Of a stretch of DNA of 20,000 nucleotides, positions 1 through 12,724 are shown one piece after another (within the stretch, counting starts at the first letter, position 1; each line of letters starts with the position of its first letter). The translations under genes were made by a program, and so were the position numbers. Source of the DNA: Rhizaria sp. SCN 62-66 (taxonomy: Eukaryota); NCBI GenBank assembly GCA_001724265.1, contig MEDY01000128.1, positions 48,860-68,859 on the forward strand. The letters run 5' to 3'. The notes below the pieces were generated by a model. That model made no database searches. It was not told the origin of the DNA and saw only the letters and a list, made by a program, of their open reading frames with translations.

Positions 1-453
1 GAGGTCGACTCGCGCATCACGAGCGGCATGGACTGGCGCGACGGACTCGAGTCCCGCGCTGGCGCTGTGCTGGCTGGCGAGAACAAGAACAACGCCGCCC
101 GCGTGGCGCGCCTTGCCGCCGAGGCGCTCATGTCGGGCGCCAGCCAGCTCAAGCTGGGCTTCCTGTCGCGTCTCACCCCCAAGGACGCGGCGCGTCACAG
201 CGTGCTCAAGGTCGAGACGCATGACCCGTCCAAGTTCGCGTCGACGATGCGCATGACTGCGCGCTCCTTCTGGGCGGGCGCGATGCCGCTGCTGCAGGCC
301 GCCGTCGGGCTCGACAACGGCAAGTACATCATGATGCGCGACCCTAACCGCACCATCGTGCGCCTGTACAAGGTGCTCGACACGACGTTCGACGACGAGA
401 CGTGCGTGCTTAAGATCGACTCCGAGGCCCCCATGGCCATGAAGAGCAAGTAA
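1..453 (+). CDS. EIF3D: Eukaryotic translation initiation factor 3 subunit D, C-terminal part (5'-truncated by window edge)
   Basis: Frame is open from base 1 (EVDSRITSGMDWR...). Motifs DWRxxLESRAGAVLAGENKNN, LKLGFLSR...KD..RH.VL and GKYIMMRDPNRTIVRLY match the eIF3d C-terminus as I recall it (DWRQKLDSQRGAVIATELKNN / LKLGYVSR / GKYLILKDPNKQVIRVY). Ends TAA at 451-453, followed by AT-rich sequence. Confidence 0.93.
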   Translation, partial: EVDSRITSGMDWRDGLESRAGAVLAGENKNNAARVARLAAEALMSGASQLKLGFLSRLTPKDAARHSVLKVETHDPSKFASTMRMTARSFWAGAMPLLQAAVGLDNGKYIMMRDPNRTIVRLYKVLDTTFDDETCVLKIDSEAPMAMKSK

Positions 454-904
454 GACAGTGAAGCTTGAGACGGCGAGAGTGAAACAAACGCCACTGCAAA
501 TGCAAAGTAAAACACACATAGTATGTGTTTTACTATGACCGGAGGCGGGGTTGGTTGTTGCGTAGGGACAAAAGCATGTGACAACAAAAAGAAACACAAA
601 TATATTAATGAACAGTGTGCTTTGTCATTGATGATAATAATAATACACAGTTTTAGTTTTATCAGAATACTCGCTTCTAGTTCTTATATACACTACGTCG
701 CTTTGTTTCAGTGCCATTCAACTGTTAGATCAATGTCATTATTATTCACATACTCTGGTTGTTTCAACACATAGTTTGTATTTGTCGTAAATTCTGTTGT
801 GTGCTTGACATAAATGGCCCTTGTTAAGTCCGACGCAGCCATGCACAGCATCAACAATGACCTTGCGCTCACAGTAAACAAAGCTAACGTGGTTATTTTT
901 CACT

Positions 905-2842
905 TCATGTCATGACAGCGTTGTTGTTGCCGCTCCCCGCGTCACTCATCGGGACACCCCCGCTCGCGCCCGCATCCGCCCCCGCGCCGGCAGCAGCAGC
1001 GGCGGCGGCACCGGCGGCGGCGCCGGCCTGGTTGACGCACACGTTGTAATGCGCGGCTGCTGGCCTGCCGCAGCAGCCGCAGCAGCCGCAGCGGGGCGCG
1101 CCCGCCTCGGCGACCATGGGAGGCACACGCACGGTGTCGACGTGGCGCACGCCGCCGCGCACGTTGCGCCGGAAGCGGTCGCGCCCGGTCGCGCTGGACT
1201 GGAAGTGCGCGGCCAGCGCCGCCGCGAGCGCCAGACGCCGCCCGGGCCCCGCGGCGGGCGTCTCCAGCAGCAGGCGCAGCAGCGCGAGCGCAGTGGCCAG
1301 CGGCATGCCCGCGACGTTGACCAGATACGTCTTGAGCGACTTAACGGCGTACGAGGAGCGCACGACGACGGCGTTGCCGAAGTCGGAGCGCAGCAGCGTG
1401 GGCGCCGCGCTCTGCCCGTCGAGCAGCGGCAGGCTCGCAGCCGTCGCGAGGGCACGAGGCCCGCTGCCCGCAACGCCTGAGGCCGCGGTGCCGACTGTGG
1501 TCGAGGCGCCGGTGCGCGCGGCCATGGCCAGCTCGGCCTCGCTGACGGGCGGGAAGTCGATGCTCGCGCCCAGCTCGAGCGCGTCCTTGCGGTGCTCGTA
1601 ATAGTACTTGATGTCGCCAAGCATCTGGGCCGAGACGGCCGCGCGCTGCTGCGGCGTCTCACGGTCCTCCGGCTTGGTTTTGAGCTGCTGGTAGCGCCAC
1701 ACGGGGTCGTGCTCGCGGTCATCGAGGCACAAGTCCCGCAGCGCGCCCATGCGCTCCGCGGCCGCCTCGTCGTCCTCGACCTCGGTGTCCGAGTCGCAGC
1801 AGCCCACGTCGGGCCCGTACATGGGCGGGATCAGCGGGATCGCGGGCGTCAGCGGCGCGTCGAAAGGCAGCAGCCGCGCGCGGTCGCCTGCCGCGAGCTT
1901 AGGGATGATGCACGGCCCGAAGACCTGCGGCCCCGCCAGCGCGTCGAGCTCGTTCGTCTCGCACATGTTGCCCCACTTGGAGCGCAGGTCCATCACCGAG
2001 AACCCACCCAGCCAGGGCGCGAACCGCGCGTCGCGCTTGACGCGGCTGAAAAGCGTGTTGCCGCATTGCGCCACGGTCAGCGCGGCCGTCAGCCCGCGGT
2101 CCGCCATGTCCGTCCCGATCACCGTCACGGCGTCCGTCAGCACGGCCTCATGGTGCGGCGTCCAGTCGCTGCCCTTGAGCGCGGCCGCGCGCTTCCCGCG
2201 CAGCGACGTGAGGAACTTGCCGTGCGCCGTCTCGTCCGCGGTGAGCCGCACAGAGGACGAGCCGAGGCGGCTGTCGCCGATGACGGCCCCCGCAAGCACC
2301 GGGGCCGCCGTCGACAGGCCGCCTACAAGGGGCGCAGCGGCGGCCGCCCCAGCAGGGGTCGCGGGCGCAGCGGCCGCGGGGGCGGCGGTGGGAGCGCTGG
2401 GGGCGGCGGCGGCAGCGGCGGGACTAGAGCTGGAGTTGAGGAGGCGGGCGAGTGCCTCCGCCTCCTGCTCGGCCTCGGCACTAGACGCGGCAGCAGCTGT
2501 GGGCTCGGGCTTCGCGGCGGCGGACTCGAGCTTGACCAGGGCAGCGTCGGCCGTCGCGGTGACCGCGTCCGCGTCGTCGGTCATTGCTGCAGCAGCGGCG
2601 CTATCATTCGCAGCAGCGGAGCCGGGCGCCTAAAACTTGACAGTGACGTCGCCGTCGGCGGCGGCAGCGGGCTGAGAGGCAAGGGCGGCCTTGCGGAGGG
2701 CAAGGCGCTCCTTGAGGGAGAGCATAGCCGACGGCGCGGCAGCAGTCGCCGCGTCGGCAGTGGCAGCGGAGGTGTTGGTGTCGTCGTCGTTCATGGTGTT
2801 GTCGGCAACGGGGGAATCCGCCTTCTCGGTAGGGGGCTGCAT
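905..2842 (-). CDS. Ala-rich protein with a Myb/SANT (telobox-like) domain and C-terminal Cys/His cluster; contains an in-frame TAG at 2632-2630
   Basis: ORFs 2630..3013 and 905..2584 share a frame and are joined by TAG plus 15 sense codons (TVKF*APGSAAANDSAAAAAM). GC-rich coding style runs to ~2840. Start is ATG 2842 or ATG 2794 (aacaccATG context). Stop is TGA at 907-905. Confidence 0.75.
1964..2164 (-). other. Myb/SANT-like domain resembling the telobox class (TRF/TRB-type)
   Basis: WTPHHEAVLTDAV...RDARFAPWLGGFSVMDLRSKWGNM resembles the telobox pattern WTxEE..L..GV...D..F...L..RS.VDLKDKWRNM; divergent. Confidence 0.55.
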
Positions 2843-3448
2843 GCGAGGAGAAAAGCACCAAGAAAAAAGTGCGATGCAAGACGATGTGTTGTTGTGTTGT
2901 GGGTTGGCTCTGAGAGAGACAATTAGAGAGGTACGCGAACGGAGAGAAATTGATAGGAAAAGTGGTGAGTCTAGGGATGTCTGGGTAGAGCCACACAGAT
3001 GAGTTGAACACATGTTGTTTCAGGCACACGCGAAAAATTAGATGGAAAACCAGGAAAAACATAAATTTGTAAGATCAACGACGGAATCAGGCCACACGTG
3101 ATGGATGTAATCGAGAAGTCGAAGGCTGGGCGCGAAGACGAACTCGATCGCGAGCGACCGGAGATTTTTTGCGAACTCGACTGACCAACGTCTCACGACT
3201 GGGAGTTGATCTTTGAGCCGATCTACCTCTGCATTATATCTGTAAACTAGAATTAAACCTCCGCAGTCTAGCACTTAATTGCGGTTTTGTATAGTTATAT
3301 TTAATTGTTTTTTCAAAATCTGCCGTCTTACCTGCCCCCGCTCCCCTCGAATCTTTCCATTCGACTCCCCAACTTGAAATGCCTCGTGCCACCTCCACGC
3401 CGCTCCTTCGTCCCCCGTTCCTTCCACAACGCAGCCCCGCCTGCCACC
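2843..3448. promoter_or_regulatory. Divergent (head-to-head) intergenic region, probable bidirectional promoter and 5' UTRs
   Basis: Lies between the minus-strand gene start (~2842) and the plus-strand ATG at 3449. AT-rich core at ~3230-3320, with pyrimidine-rich leaders on each sense strand. Confidence 0.5.
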
Positions 3449-6049
3449 ATGCGTCTCACTGACGTCATTGGCTGCTCCCCGCCGACCCGCGAGGGCTTAG
3501 CTTATTATACCCCGCCCACAGCCACCACTTCCTCGTCCTCGTCTTCAGAGGCATCTTCAAACTACTCAAGCAACTCCCCGAGTGCCAGCTTCCCCTCACC
3601 CGCAGCCTCGAGCGCCGGCCCCCACGGCTCCTACGCCGCTGAGCTTGCCGCGTTTGCCGCCGCCCCGCTGCACTCGTTCCCGTGCAGCGCGCCCCGCCAC
3701 GCCGGCGCGACCACGGTCACGCTGCCGGCCCTGCTGTGCAGGCCGCTCGTGGCCGTGCCCGCGGGTGCCTCCGTGCTGTTGCTGTGCGCGACCACGCTCG
3801 ACACGCTCGCCGTGCTGCCGGGCCGCAGCGGGCACCAGATTGTCTCGCTCGCCTTCTCGCCCCTTACGCCGCTCCCCCCGCCTCAAACTATGGCCGACAC
3901 TGCTGCGGCTGCAACGGCGACAAAGCCTGAGGCAGCGGATAACGCTGCTCCCCAGCAGCAGACGCACGACGTGCTGCTGTATGCGGGCGAGTCTGGCGTT
4001 GACGCCGGCGTTCTCGTCTTCAGCCTGTCCCTGCTGGGCCCCGCCGTGGCGCTCTACGCGATGCGCCCTCCCTCGCCACAGTCCTTCGTCGCGGCGGCGG
4101 CGGCCGCGGCGGCCAGAGTCGCGCTCTCCCAGCGCGCCAGCTCCAGCAACAGCAGCACTACGACCGCCTCTGCAACTCCTGCGGGAGCGACCCTGGCCGG
4201 CGCAGTCGCCGCCGCCGTGACCGCCGTGGCACACCTAGTGGGCGACGCCGAGGCCGAGTCCGCGGCCGAGTCCGTGGCCGTGGCGGTGCTGCAGCCCGCG
4301 ACCGTGGGCACCGTCGCGCCCTCGCCCTGCGGCCGCTGGTTGCTTGCCGCCAGCAACACCGGCACGGCGCTGTGGGCCCTCGCCACCCCCACCACCACAA
4401 GCACCGCTAACGCGGGCCTGAGCACTGTGATGGAGAGCTCGAGCTCGGGCGCAAGTGTGAGCGCGAATGACGTCGATGCCGGTGCAGTTGCTGTTGCTGG
4501 GGATATGGTGACTGTGAGCAGCGCTGTTGCGTCGATGATTCACTACAATAACAACATCGCCCTCTCGCAGCCACATCATCAGCAGAGGATCAACTCAGAA
4601 CATTGCGAGAGTGAGCGAGCGTGCAAGCGCGAGCGCAAGCGGCGGCAGCGGCAGCGCCGGCGGCAGCAGCGGCAGCGGCTGCGGCAGCTTGTCTGGGACT
4701 GGGCCTCGGCCTCAGTCCTTACTCTGACCCGCCACCCCACGCTGCCGGACGCCGACACCACGCTCGCGCTCGCCGCGGCGGCCGCGCCGGCGGCTGCGGA
4801 GGCTGTCGCGGCATATCTTTCGAGCCCTGGTGATTACGCCGTGAGAAGTGTCAATACCGGTGCGAACACTGACGCCGACGGCAGTGCGCCGTGTTTGCTG
4901 CTAGCCTCGGCGGCGGCGGGGGTCGTGGCCGTGGCGGCCCGCCCGCCGCCGCCGCTGGCGCTGGCATGGTCTCAGTGCGGCAGCTATTACGCTCACAGCC
5001 ACTTGACTGGCGGGGCGAGCGTGGTATCGGTTGCCGAGGTCTCGCCGCGGGCGCTGCTGCTGGCATCCGCTGTACACGGTGACACTGAGGGCAAGAGCAC
5101 AGCAGCTTGTCAGAGCGACGATGATGTGTTAGTGGCGGTTCCCGTTGCTGTCGAGCTACTTACAAGTCTAAGTACCCTCTGGCAGAAGGCGAACCCATAC
5201 GCCCCTGGCTGCTCACAGTCACCCTTAGAGCTTCAGAAGACCCTTACAGAGGCGATCACGCGTGCCGCCGCACTTACATCTGCTGACAACGACAATAAGA
5301 ACAGGAGCAAGAGTAAGGGTGCTAAACGCCAAGATGGTGACGACGATGAGAATGAGAGCGGCACTGTGCTGTCCGCGTCGCTGCTGCTGACTCTGTCTCA
5401 CCCGAACCCCGCAAACCCGATGCCTCTCCTGCATCCTGGCACGAACAGGGCCAAAGCTCAGAGCGACAGTGGCAGTGCTAGAGCCAGTGCGAGTGCGTGT
5501 GCGAGGACGTATGACGAGGTGTCGTTGTCGCTACTGCTGTCTCTCTTGCCAGCCCTACTTCTGCCCCTGACTACTTCATACAGCAATGACCGCAATATCA
5601 GTGGTTGCGGCAGTGGTGGGCTGGCTGTGACCGTGAGCACCCCAGTCAGGCTTGGCTTGCACAAGAACATCTTGATCCCCTCTATCGCTTGGTTGCCGAC
5701 TGCAAACGCACACTCTCCCAGCAACACGGCCACTGACGTGAACAATACCAATGCGAGTGCGTGTGCGAGTGGTAAAGAGCTATGGGCGGGCCCCGAGTGC
5801 TACTTTCTCACCGCCACGGGCGTCATTCTGCTGCTGCGGCCGAAGCTTTTCCCCCCGCTGCACACCATCATCGCCGCAAGCTCGAGCCCAAGCAGCATCA
5901 CGCGCTCAGCCACCGCCCCAGCCACGGCGACCGACGCTGACACGGCGAGGGCGGCTGCGGCAGCGTTCGCCCGCGTGTTTGCAGCAGACCAGGCTGACGT
6001 GCTGTTGCCAACCATGGCGACAGGCTTTGCCGCTGCGTTCAATTCGACG
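3449..6049 (+). CDS. MAPKBP1: WDR62/MAPKBP1-like WD40 protein, exon 1
   Basis: ATG 3449 in gccaccATG Kozak context. MRLTDVIG..., LVAVPAGASVLLL, IVSLAFSP and LLYAGESG..GVLVFSL match the WDR62/MAPKBP1 N-terminus as recalled (LEKVLG / VAYPAGCVVVL / ITALAFSPDG / LVTGESGH..AVRVWDV). Ends at a phase-0 donor ACG|GTACGT. Confidence 0.8.
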
Positions 6050-6199
6050 GTACGTCATTGTAGTCATTCTCTCAGAAATACTAGGATTATTTGACTATAA
6101 TTCATTGAAACGTGCGTTTTATAATTTTGTTTGCATTATTGTTTCATCTTACTCACATCATACCTTGTATCTCCATTGCATTTTAAATCATATGCGTAG
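6050..6199 (+). other. Spliceosomal intron 1 (150 nt, phase 0)
   Basis: GTACGT...GCGTAG and AT-rich; removal joins the 3305..6094 frame to the 6308..7957 frame exactly. Confidence 0.9.
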
Positions 6200-7949
6200 A
6201 TTCTTCCCACTCTCGGTCTGCCTGCAATCACAGCCTCCACTGCTGCCGGCCTCAACTCCACCACAAACGGGCTTGCGTCAGCGACTACCACCAGCGGCAG
6301 CGTCACTTTGCGGCTGACTTGGGAGGTCGAGAAGTGGGTCAGTGCCAAGATCGACCACGGTCTCTACTTACACGCCTCGCAGCTCCCTTACACCTCATAC
6401 CCGCCCCCCTTAGTGCAGTCCCCAGCCCCCGCCGGCGGCCCGCCCCAGTCAAACGCGAGCGCGAGTGCAGGCACGGGGCCCGCGAGTGCGAGCCCTGCTG
6501 GCGCGGCGACCCCTCTGTGTCTACTCACGGTCACGGGCCGCGGCGGCCGCGTGCGCCTCTTCCATACACACACGCTGCGCCACGTCACGGCCATCACCGC
6601 GCTCCCGCCCACGGGCGCCGCCGCGGGCACCGCCGCCGCGGCCGCGGACCTGGCCGGCGCGGCGGCCGCGATCGGCGCCATCGCCACGCGCACCGCGGGC
6701 GCCGACGTGCGCTACTACGACGCCGTCGACAACACGGACCCGAGGTTCCGCCGGCTGCTGCGCAAGCACGCGCAGGAGCAGCAGGAGCTCCTGAACGGCG
6801 CGAGCGGCGGCGGCGGCGCTGCTGCTGGCGACGGTGCGGACTCGCGCGGCGCCATTGGGGGCGTGGCCCCCGTCCGCGGCGGGATCGACTACCGCAGCAG
6901 CGGCCGCTATGTGCGCCGCATGGAGCGCTACGAGGCCAAGATGCGCGCCGCCGGGTTCCCGCACGGCCCGCCGACCCGGGCCAGCTTCGTCACGCTCACG
7001 GTCCCTGCGCCAAAGCTGCCCGTGTGCGTCACACTGCGCCTGTCGGCGGACGGCAGGAGCCTGGCGATGCACTTCGCGGACCGGTCGCTGCTCACGGTTG
7101 CTTTGACGTTTCCGGACGCGGCCTACGCAAACGGCGCGAGTTCCAGCGCGACCGCAAGCGCGAATGCGAGCGGCGCGAGTCTGGGTCACCTGAGTAGTCG
7201 CGTCGGCAGCGGCAGCACGCCACGGGACGCCAAGGGCGCGGCCACCGCCAAGCCCTTTGTCCCCAGCGTCGCCTTCACCGGGTACCGGCCTGCGGTGCGC
7301 GGATCCGTGTCGGCGCTCAGGGTATCGACCGTGTACCCGCACAACCCGGCCGCGGAGTCGATGGCGGGGTTCAACTACACCGCACGGCTGCAGCAGCGCG
7401 CGGCCGCGGCGGACCACCCGCGAGCCCACGCGTACGCGGCCGAGCTGGCGGCCAAGCTCGCCGCGCAGGGCGAGCCGCTGGCGGCGCAGTGCGCGCGCGA
7501 GCAGCGCGGCACGCTGGCGGTGACCGTGGTCGGTACCGAGGGTGTGGTGCGCGTGTTCGCGCTCAGGCCCAGTGGGGCGGGGCACGCCAGCGACTGTGAG
7601 CGCAACTACTTCCCGCGCAGTAAGGAGGAGCGGGACAGCGGGACGTACGACCCGTTTCCGCTCACTAACAAGAGCAAAGCTCGCACTGGCGGTGCTGGCG
7701 GCGCGAAGCCTGAGAGCGACTGTGAGCGCAAGGTGAGCGACTGTGAGCAACTCTCACCATCACTGTTGCAGTCGCAGTCTGAGGCGCGGTTCCGCCGCAG
7801 TGTTGCGCTGGGGGACCGTGAGCAGGCCGAGCTGCGGGACCAGCAGTGGCAGCAGGTCTCGTGGGGGCCCATTGACCCGGTGCCTGTGGACCGCGTGCAC
7901 GCGCTCTTCGCGGTCCGCACCGGCATGCTCAACCAGTACTCGACGCCAG
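6200..7949 (+). CDS. MAPKBP1: WDR62/MAPKBP1-like WD40 protein, exon 2
   Basis: Open from 6200 (ILPTLG...). Motifs VEKWV, GRVRLFHTHTLRHV and LRLSADGRSLAMHFADRSLL parallel family motifs (LDKWV, GTVRLFNPSNLHFL, LTFDP...LSCVYNDHSI). Confidence 0.82.
7589..7748 (+). repeat. Dispersed direct repeat AGCGACTGTGAGC x3 (SDCE peptide)
   Basis: Copies at 7589, 7715 and 7736; the first two share 17 bp. Confidence 0.85.
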
Positions 7950-8101
7950 GTACTTAGACGCGAACACCATTTTCACACTGACACTTCTCATTCTCGATGG
8001 CTTTTTGATTTATGATGATATTTTTGTTCTGGATTATCAATGTCTTTATCTAACATTATCCCTGTGTTTTTGTTCTTTTATTTGATTTGTTATCGTTTTA
8101 G
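7950..8101 (+). other. Spliceosomal intron 2 (152 nt, phase 1)
   Basis: CAG|GTACTT...TTTTAG|G, with CTAAC branch candidate at 8050-8054 and a T-rich tract. Splicing restores the frame into ORF 8257..14454. Confidence 0.92.
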
Positions 8102-11100
8102 GTCCCGCTGCCGTCAAGGGCACTCAGGTTATCACGGCTGCCTCTGCCTCTGCATACGCCGCTGCCACGACCGATGGCAGCAAAGCAGGTGTTTCTAGTT
8201 TTCCCGTCCACGGCGCTCAACATTCAGCCGTTGCCGCTATCGACGGAAGCACTAATGTGCAGCAACTGCAGTCTGCGCCGAAGACGACGTGTCTCGTCGG
8301 CGCTGCGACGCCCGCAGTCTCGTTCTGGCAAAACAGCACTAACGCCGACGACAACGACAGTATTAGCGACATCAGTGACACCGATAGCGGCACCGATTAT
8401 GACGACGAAGACGAAGCTGACAACGCTGGCGGCGTCAGTCTTAAGCGCGAGCGCAAGTTGCTGCAGCAGCAACACAACGACAGGCAAGAGGGCAAGAGCA
8501 ACAGCAATATGAGCTTTAACTGGGACGACGAAGCGACGTACACTGACAATAACGATGAGTCAAAGAGCAACATCTCTCACAAGAATCTCACCAACAGCGC
8601 CAGCAACGCTAGTTTTGTTGGCAATGTTTTGAACTCGATGACCGCGAGCCTCGTCATGCGCGGCGTTGTCACCGGCGGCGCCCGCAGTGCCGTTGACTCC
8701 TCTACCGTGACTGCAGCGAAGCCGGCCGCTGATCACAGCGACATTGTGACGGCGATCGCCGACGGCGACATCGCCAGCGTCCACGGCGGCGTGGCGGCCG
8801 ACGCGGCGTACAACAGCTGGGACGCGCTGCAGCAAGAGGGCGCGCTGGCATGGGCGCTGTGGGGGACCGACGTCGACGCCGTGAGCACCATCACCACGAC
8901 GGTCACCACGCGCACCAACTGCACCGCCATCTCGACGTCGTCGTCCTCACACGCCACCAGCAGCAACAACACCGGTGACAGCACCCAGAAGAGCGACTCT
9001 AGCGGTGGCGGCGCGAGCGGTGCGGGCAGCCAGGTGACCGTGAGCACGCCGACGGCGACGACGACCGTGAGCGAGCGCGACGGGCTCCACGTGCGCACCA
9101 AGGTCGTCACAGGCAACGCCGCGATCGAGAACGACTGGACCACCGCGAACCTGCCCCCCATCACGGACGCGGCCGCTCCGACTCCCAACCCGGCGAGTCA
9201 CACTGGTGCCGGCCGTGGCGGTGCTGCTGCGGCGGCCACGCCCCAGCCTGGGTTTGCGCTGCCGCCGACAGCGCTCACCGCATTAGTGCCTCCCAAAGCT
9301 AAGTCGCAAAGCACCTGCAAGAACAGCAGCGCGAGTGCGAATGCGAAGGGCAGTGATGGCGTCGGCGGGTACGGTGCGGCCGCGCACTGCGTCGCCATGA
9401 TCCAGGCCCTCAGCGACGGCGGGGTCGCGGACCCTTACTCGGCGCCCACTTACTCCGGCACGGCGCCGCACGCGAAGGGCCGCGGCGCGCGCGCGCTGGC
9501 TCCGTTAACCACGCTGCCTGCGGGCGCGAGCGTGCCGCTCGACGGCTCCCGCCATAACAGCATCGCGTTTGCCCACGGCAGCGACTCTAACGCCGGCACC
9601 AGCGACACCGCGTCTGGGTTCAACAGCGGCGCGCAGAGCGTGGGCGTGACCGTGGGCAGCACGCTGGCCGGCGTCGCGGTGGGCGACACCAAGGGCGACG
9701 TGCTGGTCATGGCGGCCGTTGCGCAGAGCCTGTTGCCGGCGGCCGTGTCGGCGCCCGCGGCCGAGCACGCGGTGACCACGACCGCTGGCGCCAGGGCCGC
9801 GGCCGAGGCCGAGGCGCGCACCGCGATTGCCGTCGCTCTCGCGTATGCCCGCGACTTACTCAACAAGAACAAGAACACCAGTGCAGGCAGTACCCGTGAC
9901 ACTCACAGTCTCAACATGGCCGTGCTGGAGCTGCTCGAGCGCGAACCGATGCTGCTGACGACCGGAGTAACTGTGAGCGCCAGCGCCCGCACCGGTGTGC
10001 TCACGGTCACCTCGCCCCACTCCGGCGGCTCCACTATGACTGTGAGCCACCTGTTCTCCGGGGTAACCGTGAGCACCGCGCACGGTGCCACCAAGGCGGC
10101 CCCCATCTGCCCGTACTACAGCTATTATCGGCCGACGCTGGCTCCGACGGCGCCCGCCGCGGTACGGTTGGCGTGCCACGCGCTCGCGCACACGCTTCTG
10201 TTCCCGGTCAAGACGCTGGGCGCGCACGAGGGCGCGGTGACCGCGCTGTCGTTCTTGCCGCCGCCCCCGGCCCCGCTGCCCACGGTCACAACCACAACGA
10301 CGACGACGACTACAACGACGACGACTACAACGACGACGACGACGACGACGACGTCTGGGACGCCAGCCGGCAACCACAGCGTTAGCGGCGTCAGCGGCGT
10401 CAACGAGGGCGGGCTCGTGCCACTGCCTTTCAGCCTCGGCCGCCGCCCCTGCCCCGGGCACTTGCTGACAGCCTCGCAGGACTCGCTGGTGCACGTCATC
10501 GACACGGGCGACCTGTACGGCCCTCCGCTGACCACGCTGCAGCCCGTCGGGCCCCTCGCCACCGTCACCGCGCTGGCCCCGCTCCTACCGCCCTCGAGCG
10601 CGCCGGCCGCGCTACTCAACGCCGGCCCCCGCGTCGTGGCCACGGGGCTGGACGGCAGCGTCACTCTGTGCCACCTGCCGCCCTTCACTGCGCTGCCGCC
10701 GCCCAACAGCGGAATGGCCTACGGTGGCGCGCCCTCTGGGGCGTTCTGCCCCCCGTTCCCGCCCGCCCTGTCGCTCCACACCGCCTCCGCCTCTGCTTCT
10801 GGCACTGGCTCTGGCGCCGGCGCCGGCGCGGGTCCGGGTGTTAGTGACCGCGTGTTCGCAGTGGCGGCACATCCTCTGGGCCGACTCGCGGTCACCGCGG
10901 GCGGCGTCGCGGCGGCCGACACGTGGCAGCTGCCCACGGCCACGGCCTCGGCCGCCGCGGCGAGCACCGGCATGCCCGCCGCGGTGGTCGGCGGCAAACC
11001 CGGCCCGCGCCTGTGGCTGCCGCTGGTCTCGGTCGTTGCCCGGCACGTCCGACGCGAGAACAGGCGCGAGGCGGCTAAGGGGCTGGCGAATAAGGGGTGC

Positions 11101-12692
11101 TTAGAGACGTCGAAGGGCGGGGTTAGGAAGAGCGTTACCAGTGGCCCCGGGACTGCTGCTGGTGACGCTGAGGTCATCACTCTTGACAGCACCGATGACA
11201 GCGACTCTGGCGCTGAGTTCGAGTCTGACGATGACTCTGCTTCCGACACTGATCGTGACAGTGACGACGACGACGGCGACGATGACGACGACGACGACGA
11301 TGACGACGATGATGAGGTCGAGTGGCGCCACGACTACCACACTGCCATTATCGCGCTCAAGCTTGCGCGGGACAACGACCAGCACAATCATCAAGTCAAG
11401 CTCGACAAACTCAACAAAACTAAGGCGAGCGCGACTGAGAAGACGGCCAAGAAGACTCGCATCGGTGACGACGATTACGACGAGTTTGCGTTCGACACAA
11501 GCACTCCGAGAGTCAACGACGCCGTTGCTGAGGCCGATACGGGCGGCAGCTTGACCGTGGTCGAGAGCGAGGCCACCAAGGCCGCCGTCGCCGCGCTGGC
11601 CGCGGTGGTGGCGCAGCGGCCAGCCCGCGCCCGCCCGCAGCCGCTGCTCTGCACGCACGCGCCGTCGCCGCTACACCGTTCGCGGCCGCCGCCCAACCTC
11701 GCCTCGCTCTCACTCCTCGCCAGCGGCGCGGCAGCAGGTGGCGGCGCGGTGACGGCCGCGGCCCGCGCCGCCGCCGCTGTGGCCGTGCCGTGCTGCGCGC
11801 TCACGGTAGCGCTCGACCCGTCGGGCTCGTGCCTGGCCGCGGCGCTCAGCGACGGCCGCGTCCGCCTGCTCGACACGACGACGGGCGCGACGCTCAGCGA
11901 GGCGCCCGCCGTGCACGGGTCACACGTGTCCGCGCTCGAGTTTGCGCCCGACTGCGCCGCGCTGCTCGCGGCGGGCGCGGACGGCGTCGTGGCGCAGTGG
12001 GCCCTCCCGCGCTGGCTGCGGCTGCGGCTGCGCGCCCGGCTCGGCCCGCTGCTGCGCGACGTGCGCGCGCAGGACGGCGCCGCGCTCGTCGCGCGCGTCG
12101 CGGCCGCCGCCGGGGTCTCCACGGCCGCGCTCACGCCTGCGCCGCACGCGAACACCAGCGCTCTCACCAGCCAGTCGGGCAGTAAGTGCGCTAGCGCGAA
12201 GAACGACGAGGATGATAACGACGATTTGATCACTGTTACGCCCGCGATGGCTCGCGCTCTCTGTCTTCCTGCTCACAGCAGCAGCGGGAGCAATGCGACG
12301 ATCACCGCGACCGCGCTGCGGTCTCGCCTGCGCTCTCTGAGCGTAGCCGCGACCGACGCCGACCTGATAGCGCTGCTGCTGCGGCCGGCCAAGGCGCCGC
12401 CGATGCTGTTGGTGCCGCCGCCGCGTGAGCAGCGACTGCCGGCGATGTCGCGGTACTACAAGCAGTGCCTCGACGAGCTGATGCAGATGCAGCGGCAGCA
12501 CCAGCAGCACATGCTTGAGCTAGAGCGGGAGCAGGAGCAGGAGCAGCAGGGGCTAGAGCTGGAGCACAAACAGTCGCAGCTGGTGCTCGAGCCCGAGACT
12601 GAGCCGGACGCTGACGCTGACGCTGACGCTGAGGCAGGTGATGACGCCGAGGCTGAAGCTGCTGACGCTGTTGAAATCGACGTCGATATTGG

Positions 12693-12724
<32 letters not shown>

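Noticed and set aside
2630-2647. 12- or 18-nt in-frame micro-intron (GTCAAGTTTTAG / GTCACTGTCAAGTTTTAG) removing the TAG
   Set aside because: Far below the 150-173 nt intron size seen here and lacks the GTAC donor; it would not explain the other three TAGs. Not formally excluded.
3305-3448. Upstream TTG start proposed by the ORF track
   Set aside because: Eukaryotic gene; ATG 3449 has a Kozak context and family similarity starts there.
7955-7957. TAG ending ORF 6308..7957 as a true stop or another recoded codon
   Set aside because: It lies inside intron 2 (donor at 7950), so it is uninformative.
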